A stretch of 64,000 bases of DNA from assembly GCF_963921235.1 (NCBI RefSeq), contig NC_086097.1, positions 232,688,001 through 232,752,000 on the forward strand, written 5' to 3'. Every line of letters begins with the position of its first letter. Within the stretch, counting starts at the first letter, position 1. The notes beneath the pieces were generated by a model. The model saw only the letters and a program-made list of their open reading frames with translations. It was not told the origin of the DNA and did no database searches. Made by a program: the position numbers and the translations under genes. Below, piece by piece: positions 12,232 through 24,564 of this stretch. The DNA comes from Mobula hypostoma. Lineage: Eukaryota.

Positions 12232-12718
12232 TGTTAGATACCTCCTGGACCTAATAAAGTAGCGTACAGATGTCTGTGGCGCTGTAGCGCATCCACTTCA
12301 AGGTGTGGCCTTTTGTAACGCATGGTTATTTGAGTTACTGTTGCCTTCCTGTTAACTTGAACCAGACTGGTTATTCTCCTCTGACCTCTCTCATTAACAA
12401 AGCGTTTTCACCCACAAAACTACTGCTCACTAGATGTTTTTGTCTTTCACACCATTCTCTGTAAACTCTGGTGACTGTTGGGCATGAATATCCAGGAGAT
12501 CAGCAGTGTCCGAGATACTCAAAGCACCCCATCTAGCACCAATGATCATTCCACCGTCAAAGTCACTTAGATTACATTTCTTCCCTATTTGGTCTAAGCA
12601 ACAACTGAACCTCTTGACCGTGTCTGCATGCTTTTATGCATTGAGTTGCTGCCACATGATTGGCTGATTAGATATTTGCATTAATAAGTGTACCTAAACA
12701 AAGTGACCACTGAGTGTA
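12232..12718 (-). mobile_element. Non-autonomous Tc1/mariner derivative with a transposase N-terminal HTH remnant
   Basis: End TA|CACTCAGTGGTCACTTTGTTTAGGTACAC (Tc1-type TIR with TA). Minus strand translates GKKCNLSDFDGGMIIGARWGALSISDTADLL. Confidence 0.8.
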
Positions 12719-13170
12719 TGTCACCAAATATTACCCTGTGATTCATTTTCTTGCAGGCATTCACCGTGGAACAAAGAAATACAATAGAATCTATGAAAGG
12801 CAACACACAAAGACTGATAAACAACTAGTGTGCAAAAGAAGGCAATCTGTGCAAAGATGCAAAGATAAATAATAATAATAAATTAATATTAAGAATATGA
12901 GTTGTAGAGTCCTTACGAGTGAGTTCATAGGTTACAGAATCAGTTCAGAGTTGAGGTGAGTGAAATTATCCATGTTGGTTCTGCAGTCTGAAGGCTGACG
13001 CATAATAACTGTTCCTGAACCTAGTGGTGTGGGACCTGAGGCTCCTGTACCTTCTTCCTGATGGCAGCAGCAAGAAGAGAGCATAGTCTGAATGCTGGGG
13101 GTCCTTGATGATGGATGCTGCTTTCTTGTGATTGTGCTCCTTGTAGATGTGCTCAGGAGGGCTTTCCCCT
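12719..13170 (-). mobile_element. Rex1/Babar LINE 3' fragment
   Basis: KAASIIKDPQHSDYALFLLLPSGRRYRSLRSHTTRFRNSYY. Confidence 0.85.
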
Positions 13171-14551
13171 GATGTGAATGTCATGTTTGGGTGGAGCATT
13201 AAGTCTGTTCTAGGTTGCTTCTGCTACACACGTAAAATAGAAGACACTATTCAATGAACTTTGTTGAAACTGAAGCTTGGAACTGGAATGCAAGTTGCTG
13301 GCGCATCACCTTGTGAATTTAGCTCAAGTGGAGGGAGGAGCTTCTTGCACCAGGTTTATCAGCTGCTACATAAAACTGACAAGCACTGTCCAACTTGTAA
13401 TGTTATAGGACCGAACAGCAATTACAACTGGAGCACTTTACTTACAGCAAATAGAAATGTTGGCATTCAGACAGGAAGGCCAACTTCTCCACGCTCCACT
13501 GTAGCAGCATGACCACAAGACCATAAGATATAGGAAGAGAATTAGGCCATTTGGCCCATTGAGTCTGCTCTGCCATTTCATCATGGCTGATCCAATTTCC
13601 CCCTCGGCCCCAATCTTCTGCCTTCTCCCTGTATCCCTGAACTGCGCATTTTCTTATCATGTAAGTTTGTGACCACAAATCAACACAGGTGAGCAGACAT
13701 CTAAGAGATCTTATTTGCATACTATAAAAATAGAGTGCTGGCTGGTAGTCCAGATCCTTCATACTTTGGATGTCATGATTGGTATATGCAAATATTAGAA
13801 ATATGAATATATTAAATTTCACTTTCAAATACGATGACGTGCAATGATGGAACTTTGACCCAAAGATGAACCAAAATAACCTAAAAAGAAAATCATCTTT
13901 ACATGAAAAAATACCAAACACACTCCACTAATAATTTGCTCTCAGTAGGAACTATCTCTGACAGTCTGAGAGACGGGGGTCCATGAATGGATTCCCAAAT
14001 CCACAATGGACCCAAAACATTTCTATCCTTCTCCAAGCAGCTCACACCTGGTGTAATCTCAAATTGTCTGTCCATTTATTGCAATGGCATGCAAATCCAA
14101 AAGTATACCGTCATCTGTTTCAAACCACTCATACACGGGAGTCTGGTTGATGTGTTAACCATCCACTAGTGCCCCCGAAACAATGGAATAGATAAATTAA
14201 TTTAGAAATTGGTTTATTATTGTCACATGCACCAAGATATAGTGAGAAACTTGTTTACCACTCATACAGTGCATTGAGTTGGTACATGGTAAAACAATAA
14301 CGGAATGCAGAATAAAACATTATACTTACAGAGAAAGTGCACTGTTGGTAGACAGTAAAGTGTACGGACATAACAAGGTAGATTGTGAGGTCAATAGCCC
14401 ATTTTATCCTACGGGGGAGATAATTCAGTGGTCTTATAACAGCAGGTGACAAGCTGTTCTTGAACCTGCCGGCATGTGTAATCAGGCCCGATCTTCTGCC
14501 CGATGGGATCAGAATTAGTTTTAGTATCACTGGCATATGTCGTGAAATTTG

Positions 14552-15470
14552 AGGATGGGCAAGGGGTATAGTGAGAGGGACAGAGGGAGAAAAAGTAGAG
14601 TGAGAAAAAGAATGTGTGTATATAAATAAATAACGGATGGGGTACAAGGGGAGGTGGGGCATTAGCGGAAGTTAGAGAAGTCAATGTTCATGCCATCAGG
14701 TTGGAGGCTACCCAGATGGAATATAAGGTGTTGTTCCTCCAACCTGAGTGTGGCTTCATCTTTACAGTAGAGGAGGCCGTGGATAGACATATCAGAATGG
14801 GAATGGGATGTGGAATTAAAATGTGTGGCCACTGGGAGATCCTGCTTTCTCTGGCAGACTGAGCGTAGGTGTTCAGTGAAACGATCTCCCAGTCTGCGTC
14901 GGGTCTCGCCAATATATAAAAGGCCACAACGGGAGCAACGGACACAGTATATCACCCCAGCCGACTCACAGGTGAAGTGTCGCCTCACCTAGAAGGACTG
15001 TCTGGGGCCCTGGATGGTGGTAAGGGAGGAAGTGTAAGGGCATGTGTAGCCCACCTCCCCCTCGTACCCCATCTGTTATTTATTTATATACACACTTTTT
15101 CTCTCTCTCTCCTTTTTCTCCCTCTGTCCCTCTCACTGTACCCCTTGCCCATCCTCTGAGTTTCCCCCTCCCTTTTCTTTCTCCCTGGACCTCCTGTCCC
15201 ATGATCCTCTCATATCCCTTTTGCCAATCACCTGTCCAGCTCTTGGCTCCATCTCTCCCACTCCTGTCTTCTCCTATCATTTTGGATCTCCCCCTCCCCC
15301 TCCCACTTTCAAATCTCTTACTAGCTCTTCTTTCAGTTAGTCCTGACGAAGGGTCTCAGCCCGAAATGTCGACTGTACCTCTTCCTAGAGATGCTGCCTG
15401 GCCTGCTGCGTTCACCAGCAACTTTGATGTGTGTTGCTTGAATTTCCAGCATCTGCAGAATTCCTCATGT
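14552..15470. mobile_element. Penelope-like element insertion: inverted GIY-YIG segment plus direct pLTR/3' end with hammerhead
   Basis: ORF 14662-14988(-) VIYCVRCSRCGLLYIGETRRRLGDRFTEH is a GIY-YIG endonuclease. Inverted repeats at 14551-14661 and 15049-15156. 14-bp TSD TGTCGTGAAATTTG (14538-14551 and 15471-15484). Confidence 0.9.
15339..15374 (+). ncRNA. Minimal type-I hammerhead ribozyme motif (Penelope pLTR)
   Basis: AGTC-CTGACGA-A-GGG-TCTCAG-CCC-GAAA-TGTC-GACT: stem I AGTC/GACT, intact core boxes, 3-bp stem II, GUC cleavage triplet. The ACGT palindrome has decayed to ATGT. Confidence 0.8.
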
Positions 15471-16290
15471 TGTCGTGAAATTTGTTGTTTTTGTGGCAGC
15501 AGTACATTGTAATACATAATAATAAAAAGAACATATAAATTACAAAAAGTGTATATGCATATATTAAATAGAATGAGTCTTGCAAGGAGTTTCTGATGAA
15601 AATTCACAAGTAATCAAAACTTGTGGATTATAGGGGTGTGTGGGTCTTTTAAGAGACTCCTGGTACATGGTGCTTAGAAAAATAGAGGGCTATGAGTAAC
15701 CCTAGGTAATTTCTAAAGTAAGTACATGTTCGGCACAAGATTGTGGGCCAAAGGGCCTGTATTGTGCTGTAGTTTTTCTATGTTTCTAATAATACTGAGG
15801 TAGTGTTCATAGGTGCATTGTCCATTCAGAAATTAGATGGTGGACAGGAAGAGGCTGTTCCTGAAATGTTGAATGCATGTCTTCAGACTCCTGTGCTTCC
15901 TCCTTGATGGCAGCAGTGAGAAGAGGCCATGTCCTGTGTGATGGGGGAGGGAGGACTTAACGATGGAACATCGCCTTTTGAAGGTGTCCTTGATGCCGTG
16001 GAAGCTAGTATCCATGATGGAGCTGGCTGAGTTTACAACTTTCTGCAGCTTATCCCGATCCAGTGCAGTGGCCCAGCCATGCCAGACGGTAATTCAACAA
16101 TTAGAATGCTGTCCCTGGTATACCGGTAGCAATTTGCAAAGAGCCCTTTGTGTCATACCAAGTCTCTTCAAACTCCTAGTGTGATATAGTTGCTGTCGTG
16201 CCCTTTCGTAATTGTATGTTAGGCCCAGGATTGACCTTCCGCGATGTTGACACCCAGAAACTTGGAACTGCTGGCACCTTTCCACTGCTA
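15471..16290 (-). mobile_element. Rex1/Babar LINE 3' part with a nested CR1 tail (~15635-15788, +)
   Basis: RQQLYHTRSLKRLGM and HGLFSLLPSRRKHRSLKT..FRNSLF. Confidence 0.75.
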
Positions 16291-16369
16291 ATCCCGCGAT
16301 GAAGATTGGTGTGTGCTCCCTCCGTTTCCCTTTCCTGAAGTCCACAGTCAATCAATCAATCGTACAACC

Positions 16370-19340
16370 CTACAGCCATGACACAGTCCTCACACGTCAG
16401 CCCTATCATTGCTGCGATCATTCTCGCAAACCTCCTTTGGTCCCTCTCCAGTGCCGGCACATTCTTTCTTAGACAAGGGGCCCACACCTGCTCCTACAGC
16501 AGTCTGACCAATCCCTCAAACCCTCCGCGTTACATCCTTGTTCTTATATTCCAGTCCTCTCAAAATGAGTGCTAACGTTTCACTTGCCTTCCTTATCACC
16601 AACTCAACCTGCAAATTAAACTTTAGGGTACAATGCACAAGGGCTCCCAAGTCCCTTTACACCTCTGATTTTTGAATTCATTCCCCATTTAGAAAATAGT
16701 CCACGCCTTTATTCCTTACACCAAAGTGAATGACCATACATCTCCCTGCACAATATTCCGTCTGCCACTTCCCTGTCCATTCTCCCCTGCCTCCTCAACA
16801 CTACCTGCACCTCCACCTATCTTTGTATCGTCCACAAACTTGGTCACAAAGCTATCAATTCTGTCATCTTATTCACTGACATATAATGTGAAAAAAAGCA
16901 TTCCAAATACCTCCTGCCTCCTGCCAGTCAGCCAGTCTTCCATGATAGCATCTTTCCTGTAACACCATGGTCTCTTACCTCGTTAAGCAGCCTCGTCAAA
17001 GGCCTTCTGCAAATTCTAGTAAATAACATGGACTGGCTCTCCTTCGTCTATCCTGCCTGTTATTTCCTCAAAGCATTGCAACAGATTTGTCAGGTAAGAT
17101 TTCCTCTTTAGGAAACCATGCTGACTTTGGCCTGTTTTATGATGTGCCTCCAGGTACTCGGAAACCTCATTCTTCACTATGGACTCCAACATCATCCCAA
17201 CCACTGAAGTCAGGCCTCCGGAACCATCTTAGAGTCTAGTGATTCTTGAAAGATCATTACTAATGCCTCCACAATCTCTTCGGTGACCTCTTTCAGAACC
17301 CTGATTCTAACTTCCCACTAATTTTAGCTATATCACATGCCCTCACTTTTCCTATGTCAATTCCTTTTCCTTGGTCAACCATGGTTGCCTCATCCGCCCT
17401 TTAGAATATTTCTTCATCTCGGGATGTATCTATCCTGCACCTTCTGAATTGCCCCCAGAAACTCCAGGATTGCTGTTCTGTAGCCATCCTTGCTAGTATC
17501 CCCTTGCAATCGACTTTGATCAGTGCTTTTCTACAATTCCCTTTGCTCCACTGTAATACTTATACATCTGACTTTATCTTCTCTCTCTCAATCTGCAAGG
17601 TGAAGTCTATCAGATTACGATCACTGCCTCTAAAGGGCTCCTTTATCTTAAACTCCTTAATCAACTCTGGTTCATAACACAACACCCAATCCAGAATTGT
17701 TGTTCACCTAGTGAGCTCAACCACAAACTGCTCTAAAAAGCCATCTAGTAGGCAATCTACAAATTCCCTCCCTTGGGATCCAGCACCAACCTGATTTTCC
17801 CAATCTACCTGCATATTGAAATCCCCCATGACTTTCATAACATTGCCCTTTTTACATGCCTTTTCTACCTCCTATTGTAACTTACATCCCATAGGCTGGC
17901 TACTCTTTGAAGGCCTGTATATAAGTCATATCAGGGTCTTTCTACCTTTGCGGTTTCTTAACTCTGCTCACAAGGATTCTACATCATCCTATGTCACCTC
18001 TTTATAAGGATTTGATTTCATTTTTATTAACCAGTAGTCATCTCACTTCCTCTGCCTATCTGCCTGTCCTTTTGATACAATATGTATCCTTGGATTTTAA
18101 GGTCTCAACTTCTTTCAGCCATGACTCAGCAATGCCCACAAAGTCATACCTGCCAGTCTCTAGCTGTGCCAAGATCATCTACCTTATTCCATATACTGCA
18201 TCCATTCAAATATAATGGATTATGGAATAGATGGCTTTGTGGCTAAGTTTGCTGACGATACGAAGATAGGTGGAGGGGCCGGTAGTGCTGAGGAAATGGA
18301 GAGTCTGCAGAGAGACTTAGATAGATTGGAAGAATGGGCAGAGAAGTGGCAAATGAAGTACAATGTTGCAAAGTGTATGATTATGTACTTTGGCAGAAAA
18401 AATAAACGGGCAGACTATTATTTAAATGGGGAAAGAATTCAAAGTTCTGAGATGCAATGGGACTTGGGAGTCCTCGTACAGGATACCCTTAAACTTAACC
18501 TTCAGGTTGACTCAGTAGTGAAGAAGGCGAATGCAATGTTGGCATTCATTTCTAGAGGAATAGAGTATAGGAGCAGGGATGTGATGTCGAGGCTCTATAA
18601 GGCGCTGGTGAGACCTCACTTGGAGTACTGTGGGCAGTTTTGGTCTCCTTATTTAAGAAAGGATGTGCTGACGTTGGAGAGGGTACAGAGAAGATTCACT
18701 AGAATGATTCCGGGAATGAGAGGGTTAACATATGAGGAACGTTTGTCTGCTCTTGGACTGTATTCCTTGGCGTTTAGAAGAATGAGGGGAGACCTCAAAG
18801 AAACATTTCAAATGTTAAAAAGCATGGACAGAGTGGATGTGGCAAAGTTGTTTCCCATGATGGGGGAGTCTAGTATGAGAAGGCATGACTTAAGGATTGA
18901 AGGGCGCCCATTCAGAACAGAAATGTGAAGAAATTTTTTTTAGTCAGAGGGTGGTGAATCTATGGAATATGTTGCCACGGGCAGCAGTGGAGGCCAAGTC
19001 ATTGGGTGTATTTAAGGCAGAGATTGATAGGTATCTGAGTAGCCAGAGCATCAAAGGTTATGGTGAGAAGGCGGGGGAGTGGGACTAAATGGGAGAATGG
19101 ATCAGCTCATGATAAAATGGCGGAGCAGACTCAATGGGCTGAATGGCCTACTTCTGCTCCTTTGTCTTATGGACTTATAACACCTACAGTCTATATTCAT
19201 CAGCTTTTTGATTTTGCCCCCATGTCATATTTCAACTCATCCCACTGACTGCAATTTTGCCCTATCATCTGACTGTCCTCCCTCACAGTCTCGCTACACA
19301 CTGCACCGACTTGTTTATCAACTGCCCCATTCCTCAACCC
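16370..19340 (-). mobile_element. Old fragmented CR1 LINE, split by a younger CR1
   Basis: SQHGFLKRKSYLTNLLQCFEEIT and other RT/endonuclease-region remnants. The sequence resumes after 19178. Confidence 0.75.
18215..19175 (+). mobile_element. Young 5'-truncated CR1 with an open RT C-terminal frame (237 aa)
   Basis: KFADDTKIGG...LYKALVRPHLEYCGQFWSP...RGDL. The TGA at 18926 is CGA in the sister copy. Flanked by a TATAA TSD-like repeat. Confidence 0.92.
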
Positions 19341-20424
19341 TATAGACACTGTATGTGAACAGATCAATTCATCACAACAGAGTGCAGAATGAAGTGCAAC
19401 AGTGAGAGAGAAAGTGCAGTGTAGATAGACAATTAGGTGCAACATCATAACGACGTAGATTGTGAGGTCAAGAACCCATCTTCTTGTTCTAGAGGGTCGT
19501 TCAATCGATCCAGTTGAAATATCAAACTGCCACAGGACTGAATGGCCAAAGCAACATCCAGAGACTCGCTACGGGTTTTAAACAGGCTCAGGCTGGCGAA
19601 GCAACCAGTCGGCACTGAGGAGATCAGGGGTGTATCTTGGCTGACATGTGGTACTGCACTGAAGTGGCAGCATTTCAAAGATAGAATTCTGGATTCAGAT
19701 TCAGTGTGTTAACAGCCTGCCTGGATCTCAGTCTCTCTCAGCCCCTCATGCTGGATGCGAAGGAAGTTGCTGTCTCTGCCTCTCTGCTTTGCTCACCCAG
19801 TCGAGAAGTCTGAGACAAAAAGCTTAGCAACCAAAACTACTGCTTCTGTGTTGCTGAGGGAATGCCAGATGTCTTTTTCCTCACACAAACACGCCCTCCA
19901 ACTTCAGTGAATTTTGTGCCTGCAGGAGTTAGACTGCACAACCAACAGCAGTACAGTGAATCAGCATTCTGTGGAGCAGTAGCACTAGGCTGGGTACCAT
20001 TGTAAGGACATCCTAAGACAACCAGAATGCCAGACCTCTCTGTCAGCACAATGAAGAACTAATTACTAACCAATTTCTAGATCCAGTCTCCTCTCTTACC
20101 ACGCTCCCCTTCAGTTCACTGCCATTTTTAGAAATGTTATATTTGCTGCAAAACCATTTCATGACATACGTCAGTGATTTCAAACCTGTAACATCACCAC
20201 CAGCTGACCCATCCCTCTGCATAAAATGATCAATCTCTTTTTATGTCCACCTACTATCCAAATCATGACTCTACACTTTAAGTCAACCAGAGCCTTCAAT
20301 TCTAACTCCCACGCCCCCGACTAAATAATGTCAGATTTCATAATTTCCCCATTATAAAGCTATCTTGCAACATCTCACGTTTTATATTCTGATAGCATCT
20401 TCTTCATTTCTCCCAGAACTGGAT

Positions 20425-21335
20425 TCAAGTCAAGTCAAGTTTATGGTCATTTACCTATGTATATACTGCATATAACCATATAATATTTATAGAAATGAGA
20501 CCAAGGTGAACCAGGGTGTAAAGCACTGTAGTATATATACATGCATAACATATAATAACTTATGAAAGTAATGATGGAATCTACAGACAAATAGACACAT
20601 AATCTACACATAAATAAACAAATTAAAGTGCATAATTTAAATATTTTTGAAGGTACAGAACAGATTAACCAGTGACACTGAAAATGGTGCGGCAGGGAAT
20701 TCAGAAGCCTAATGGCTTGAGTGAAGAAAGTTTCCCGTCCTCACTGTTCTTGTTTTGATGCATTGTGGTCTCCTGCCTGATGGTAGAAAGTCAAAGAGGA
20801 TGCTGGATGGGTGGGTGGGATCCTTGATAATATTAAGGGCCCCGCGTATGCAGCGCTCCTGATAAATGTCCCTGATGGATGGTAGGGAGACCCCTATGAT
20901 CCTCTCAGCTGTTCTCATGGTCCTCTGTAGGGAGTTTTGGTGCAATACTCGACTGCTCACATACCAGATGGAGATGCAACTTGTCAGAATGTTCTCAATG
21001 GTAATCCTGAAAAATGCAGTTAAGATGGAGGAAGGGGGAGCCTTGCTTGCCTTAATCTTCTTAGGAAGTGGAGATGCTGCTGTGCCTTCTTATTCAGGGA
21101 GGTGATATTAAGGGACCAGGTAAGGTCATCTGTGATGTGAACCCCCAGGAACTTGGTGCACTTTACCCTCTCCATAGAGGAGCCATGTATTCACAGACAG
21201 GGATCTTTCGTCTGCACCTTCCCCAAGTCCACAATGATTTCCTTGGTCTTCTTCACGTTCAGGCTTAGGCTGCTCTTCTCACACCAGTCCACCAGCCGCT
21301 CCTCTGTACTCCGTCTCATCATCGTTCTTGATGAG
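20425..21335 (-). mobile_element. Rex1/Babar LINE 3' part (second subfamily, (cttga)n tail)
   Basis: LQRTMRTAERIIGVSLPSIRDIYQERC...FDFLPSGRR; same family as 47765-49570. Confidence 0.85.
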
Positions 21336-21559
21336 TTTGCCCTTCAAGGTGCGAAGTCTGGAAGGACCTGCCCAAGCAGACTTGGTGCACGGTGTAGCTG
21401 CTATGTACTGAAGATGCAGTGTAACAGTAGCGTCAGGATGAAATGATTAGGTTGCTGGATGGAGGATTAAGCAAGATGGTGTCTTTGTCCTTGGTGTTAA
21501 GGCACTTGCAGGTAACTATAACACTATTCACCTGATGATTGAATGGCTTTGGGAAAATC

Positions 21560-22055
21560 GGGAGTAATATGTGCAGTTTTGGTCACCTACTACGGAAAAG
21601 ATATCAACGAGGTTGAAAGTGTGCAGAGAAAGTTTACAAGGATGTTGCCAGGGCTTCAGGACCTGAGTTATAGGGAAAGGTTGAATAGGTTAGGATTTTA
21701 TACCCTGGAGTGTAGGAGAGTGAGGGGAGATTTGATTCAAAATTATGAGGGGTATAGATAGGGCAAATGCAAGCAGGCTTTTCCCACTAAGGTTTGGTGA
21801 GACAAGAATTAGAGGCCATGGATTAATGGTGAAAGGTTAATTGTTTAAGGGGAACATGGGGGGAACTTCTTCACTCAGAGGGTGATGACAGTGTGGAACG
21901 AGTTGCCAGTGGAAGTGATGGATACAGGTTCGATTTCAGCATTTAAGAGAAATTTGGATAAGTATGTGGATGGGAGGGTTATGGAGGGCTATGGTCCAGG
22001 TGCAGGTCAGCAGGTCAATGGAACTAGGCAGATTAATTGCTTGGTACAGACTAGA
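21560..22055 (+). mobile_element. CR1 LINE 3' fragment
   Basis: VQRKFTRMLPGLQDLSYRERLNRLG...RGDLI and VWNELP. Confidence 0.85.
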
Positions 22056-22581
22056 TGCAGCATCTATAGGCAGAAATAAATAATCTGATTTTGCAATTTT
22101 CCTGTTATAAAGCTATTTTACAACATCATACTTTTAATATTTTGTTAGCATCTTCCTTATTTCTCTCACAGCTGGCTATTACCCTCTTCCTTTCCTGTCC
22201 TGATGAAGGGTCTCAGCTCAAAATGTCAGCTGTTTATTGCCCTCCACAGATGCTGCCTGACCTGCTGAGCGCCTCCAGCATTGTGCATGTGTTACTCTAG
22301 ATTTCCAGCATCAGCAGAATCTTGTGTCTTTTTACTGCCCACAACTGTTTGCAACACAATATTACATTCTCAGATCATTATATTCTTTTCACTTGGTTAT
22401 TATTTTGTTCTCTTTCTGCAGACCAAATTCTACAGTATGATGTACTCTTTTCGAACGACTTGAGTTCACAAACATTTTTCAAATGCTGTGGTGATACCAC
22501 CACCACTGGTGTTTTTTTCTGCATATTGGTTGTTATCCATTCTTTTAGATGCAGTCTTTCATTGATTCTATTGTGGTTAGA

Positions 22582-23305
22582 CGATAAGATATAGGAATAA
22601 AATTAGGCCATTTAGCCCATTGAGTCTGCTCCACCATTTTATCATGGCTGATCTATTTTACCTCTCAGTCCTAATCTCCTGCTATCTCTCCATATCCTTT
22701 CATGCCCTGACTAATCAAGAATCTATCAACCTCTGCCTTAAATATACCCAATGACTTGGCCACCATAGCCTCCTGTGGCAAAGAATTCTACAGATTCACC
22801 ACTCTCTGGCTAAAGAAATTCCTCCTCATCTCCGTTCTGAAAGGGTGTCCTTCTAAATTAAAGTTGTGTCCTTTGGTCTTAGACTCCCCTACCATAGAAA
22901 GAATCCTCTCCACGTCCACTCTATCGAGGTCTTTCAACAGTGGATAGGTTTCAATGAGATCACCCCTCATTTTTCTGAATTCCAGTGAGTAGTCATAGTC
23001 ATACTCATAAGTTATACTTTATTGATCCCTAGGGAAATTGGTTTTCGTTACAGTTGCACCATAAATAATTAAATAGTAATAAAACCATAAATAATTAAGT
23101 AGTAATATGTAAATTATGCCAGGAAATAAGTCCAGGACCAGCCTATTGGCTCAGGGTGTCTGACCCTCCAAGGGAGGAGTTGTAAAGTTTGATGGCCACA
23201 GGCAGGAATGACTTCCTATGACGCTCAGAGCCCAGAGCCATCAAACACTCATATGACAAGGTTTTCAATCCCAGAATCATTTTCATGAACTTCCTTTGAA
23301 CTCTT
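22582..23305 (-). mobile_element. CR1 3' fragment with a nested Rex-type 3' end (~22991-23227, (tatgac)n tail)
   Basis: MRGDLIETY...RNFFSQRVVNL; the nested piece encodes ERHRKSFLPVAIKLYNSS. Confidence 0.8.
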
Positions 23306-23754
23306 GTGTTCCTGGTATTTACTACGATTACCCGCAGAGAAAATGAATCTCAGGGTTGTATATGGTGACGTATATGTACCTAGATAATAAATTTACTTTG
23401 AACTGCACACTGTGCTATCATGTGACATGACCAGGACAAACCCAATTTTCAAGTGCTCCTTAAGAGAAATAATTATTTATACAGAACATTTTTCCAGTTT
23501 AAGTAAATATCACAACTATTATAATTTATAATGATCAAAATTTAAGGAGTTATGAAACGGCCCATTACAATGTTATCATACTCACTTAAAAATACCTAAA
23601 TCAAAGTCAAGATTTATAATGCCAGTCAACAAAGCTCCCGTAACAGCTCTAAATCTGGAGAAAAGCACTAAATTCATAGAGTACTATTACAATCCCATCC
23701 ATCAGATTATATGTGCCATTATTTTACAAATAAACTTCAAGTACTGATCCTTAC

Positions 23755-23949
23755 CTGGCTGCACCAGGCATGACTTCTGCTCCCTCTTATGTCTGATGTG
23801 CTGACTGTTCCACTCCGCTACAGTTCCAGAGGCAATTTTCCTTCCTCTCTCTTCTTCATTCACCGTAGGAATGGTTAATAGAATACTGGTCAGCTTTGAA
23901 GGGGATTTCACTGGGGACACCGATTGGCTGCTGGGACATCCAGTATCAT
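23755..23949 (-). CDS. SYBU: Syntabulin coding exon 3 (195 nt, phase 1 to 1)
   Basis: Acceptor cttttgagcag|AT and donor CCAG|GTAAGG. In frame with exon 2: (D)DTGCPSSQSVSPVKSPSK...RHKREQKSCLVQPG, matching recalled SYBU DDTGCPSSQSVSPVKTP...KKESKSGLVKPG. Confidence 0.95.
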
Positions 23950-24521
23950 CTGCTCAAAAGATCAACAAAGTACATGATCACATTCAAGAGTCTAACAAGC
24001 AGAAAATGAAGGGTAAAAGGGAGAGGTTTTTTTATAGACACTAAAGCTCTGATTTAAACAGCACTTTTGGCCAGAAATAAATGACATAGGAATTAAAAGG
24101 GGTCAAATCACTTGCGTTGTTTCTCATTGCACTGTAAGATCAATCTTCTCTTTAAAGAGGCACGGAAGATAATGATCATAAAAGTAGTGTACACAGCATG
24201 GATTTTCAAATTTAGCCTTGGTGAGTGGTGAACGACTGGAGGGACTGGGGGACTGGCACAGTGGTGGCTACTCCATCCAGTCATCCCATTGAAGGTCAGA
24301 CTGGAATGTAGGAGGACCAGTGACTGGGTAAAGGGTATAGTCTAGCAAGTAAGAACATAAGGCATAGGAGTAGAATTAGGCCATTTGGCCTGTCGAATCT
24401 GCTCTGCCATTCAATCATGGCTGATCCTTTTCTCCCCCCCTCAGCCTAACTCCCCGGCCTTCCCCATAAGGAGGAGAATAAACTCTTCTCAGGTTTCCAG
24501 CCAGGTACAGGTATCGATTAT

Positions 24522-24564
24522 AACCGACATTTCAATGACAGGCTCTGCCATCTTGGTCAGGGTT
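24522..24564 (-). ncRNA. Second-family minimal hammerhead motif (long stem II; G8 mutated)
   Basis: Minus strand AACC-CTGACCA-A-GATGGCAG-AGC-CTGTCATT-GAAA-TGTC-GGTT. Confidence 0.6.

Noticed and set aside
13442..13921. 159-aa ORF ending at a GTAAGT donor (MLLQWSVEKLAF...) as a possible alternative SYBU first exon
   Set aside because: The ORF runs through a CR1 tail. The donor is phase 2 in the ATG frame, whereas the next SYBU exon needs phase 1.
1..23700. SYBU exon 4 (expected GSEADFSSSSSTGSISAPEV-like)
   Set aside because: No matching sequence found by eye; it probably lies left of the window.
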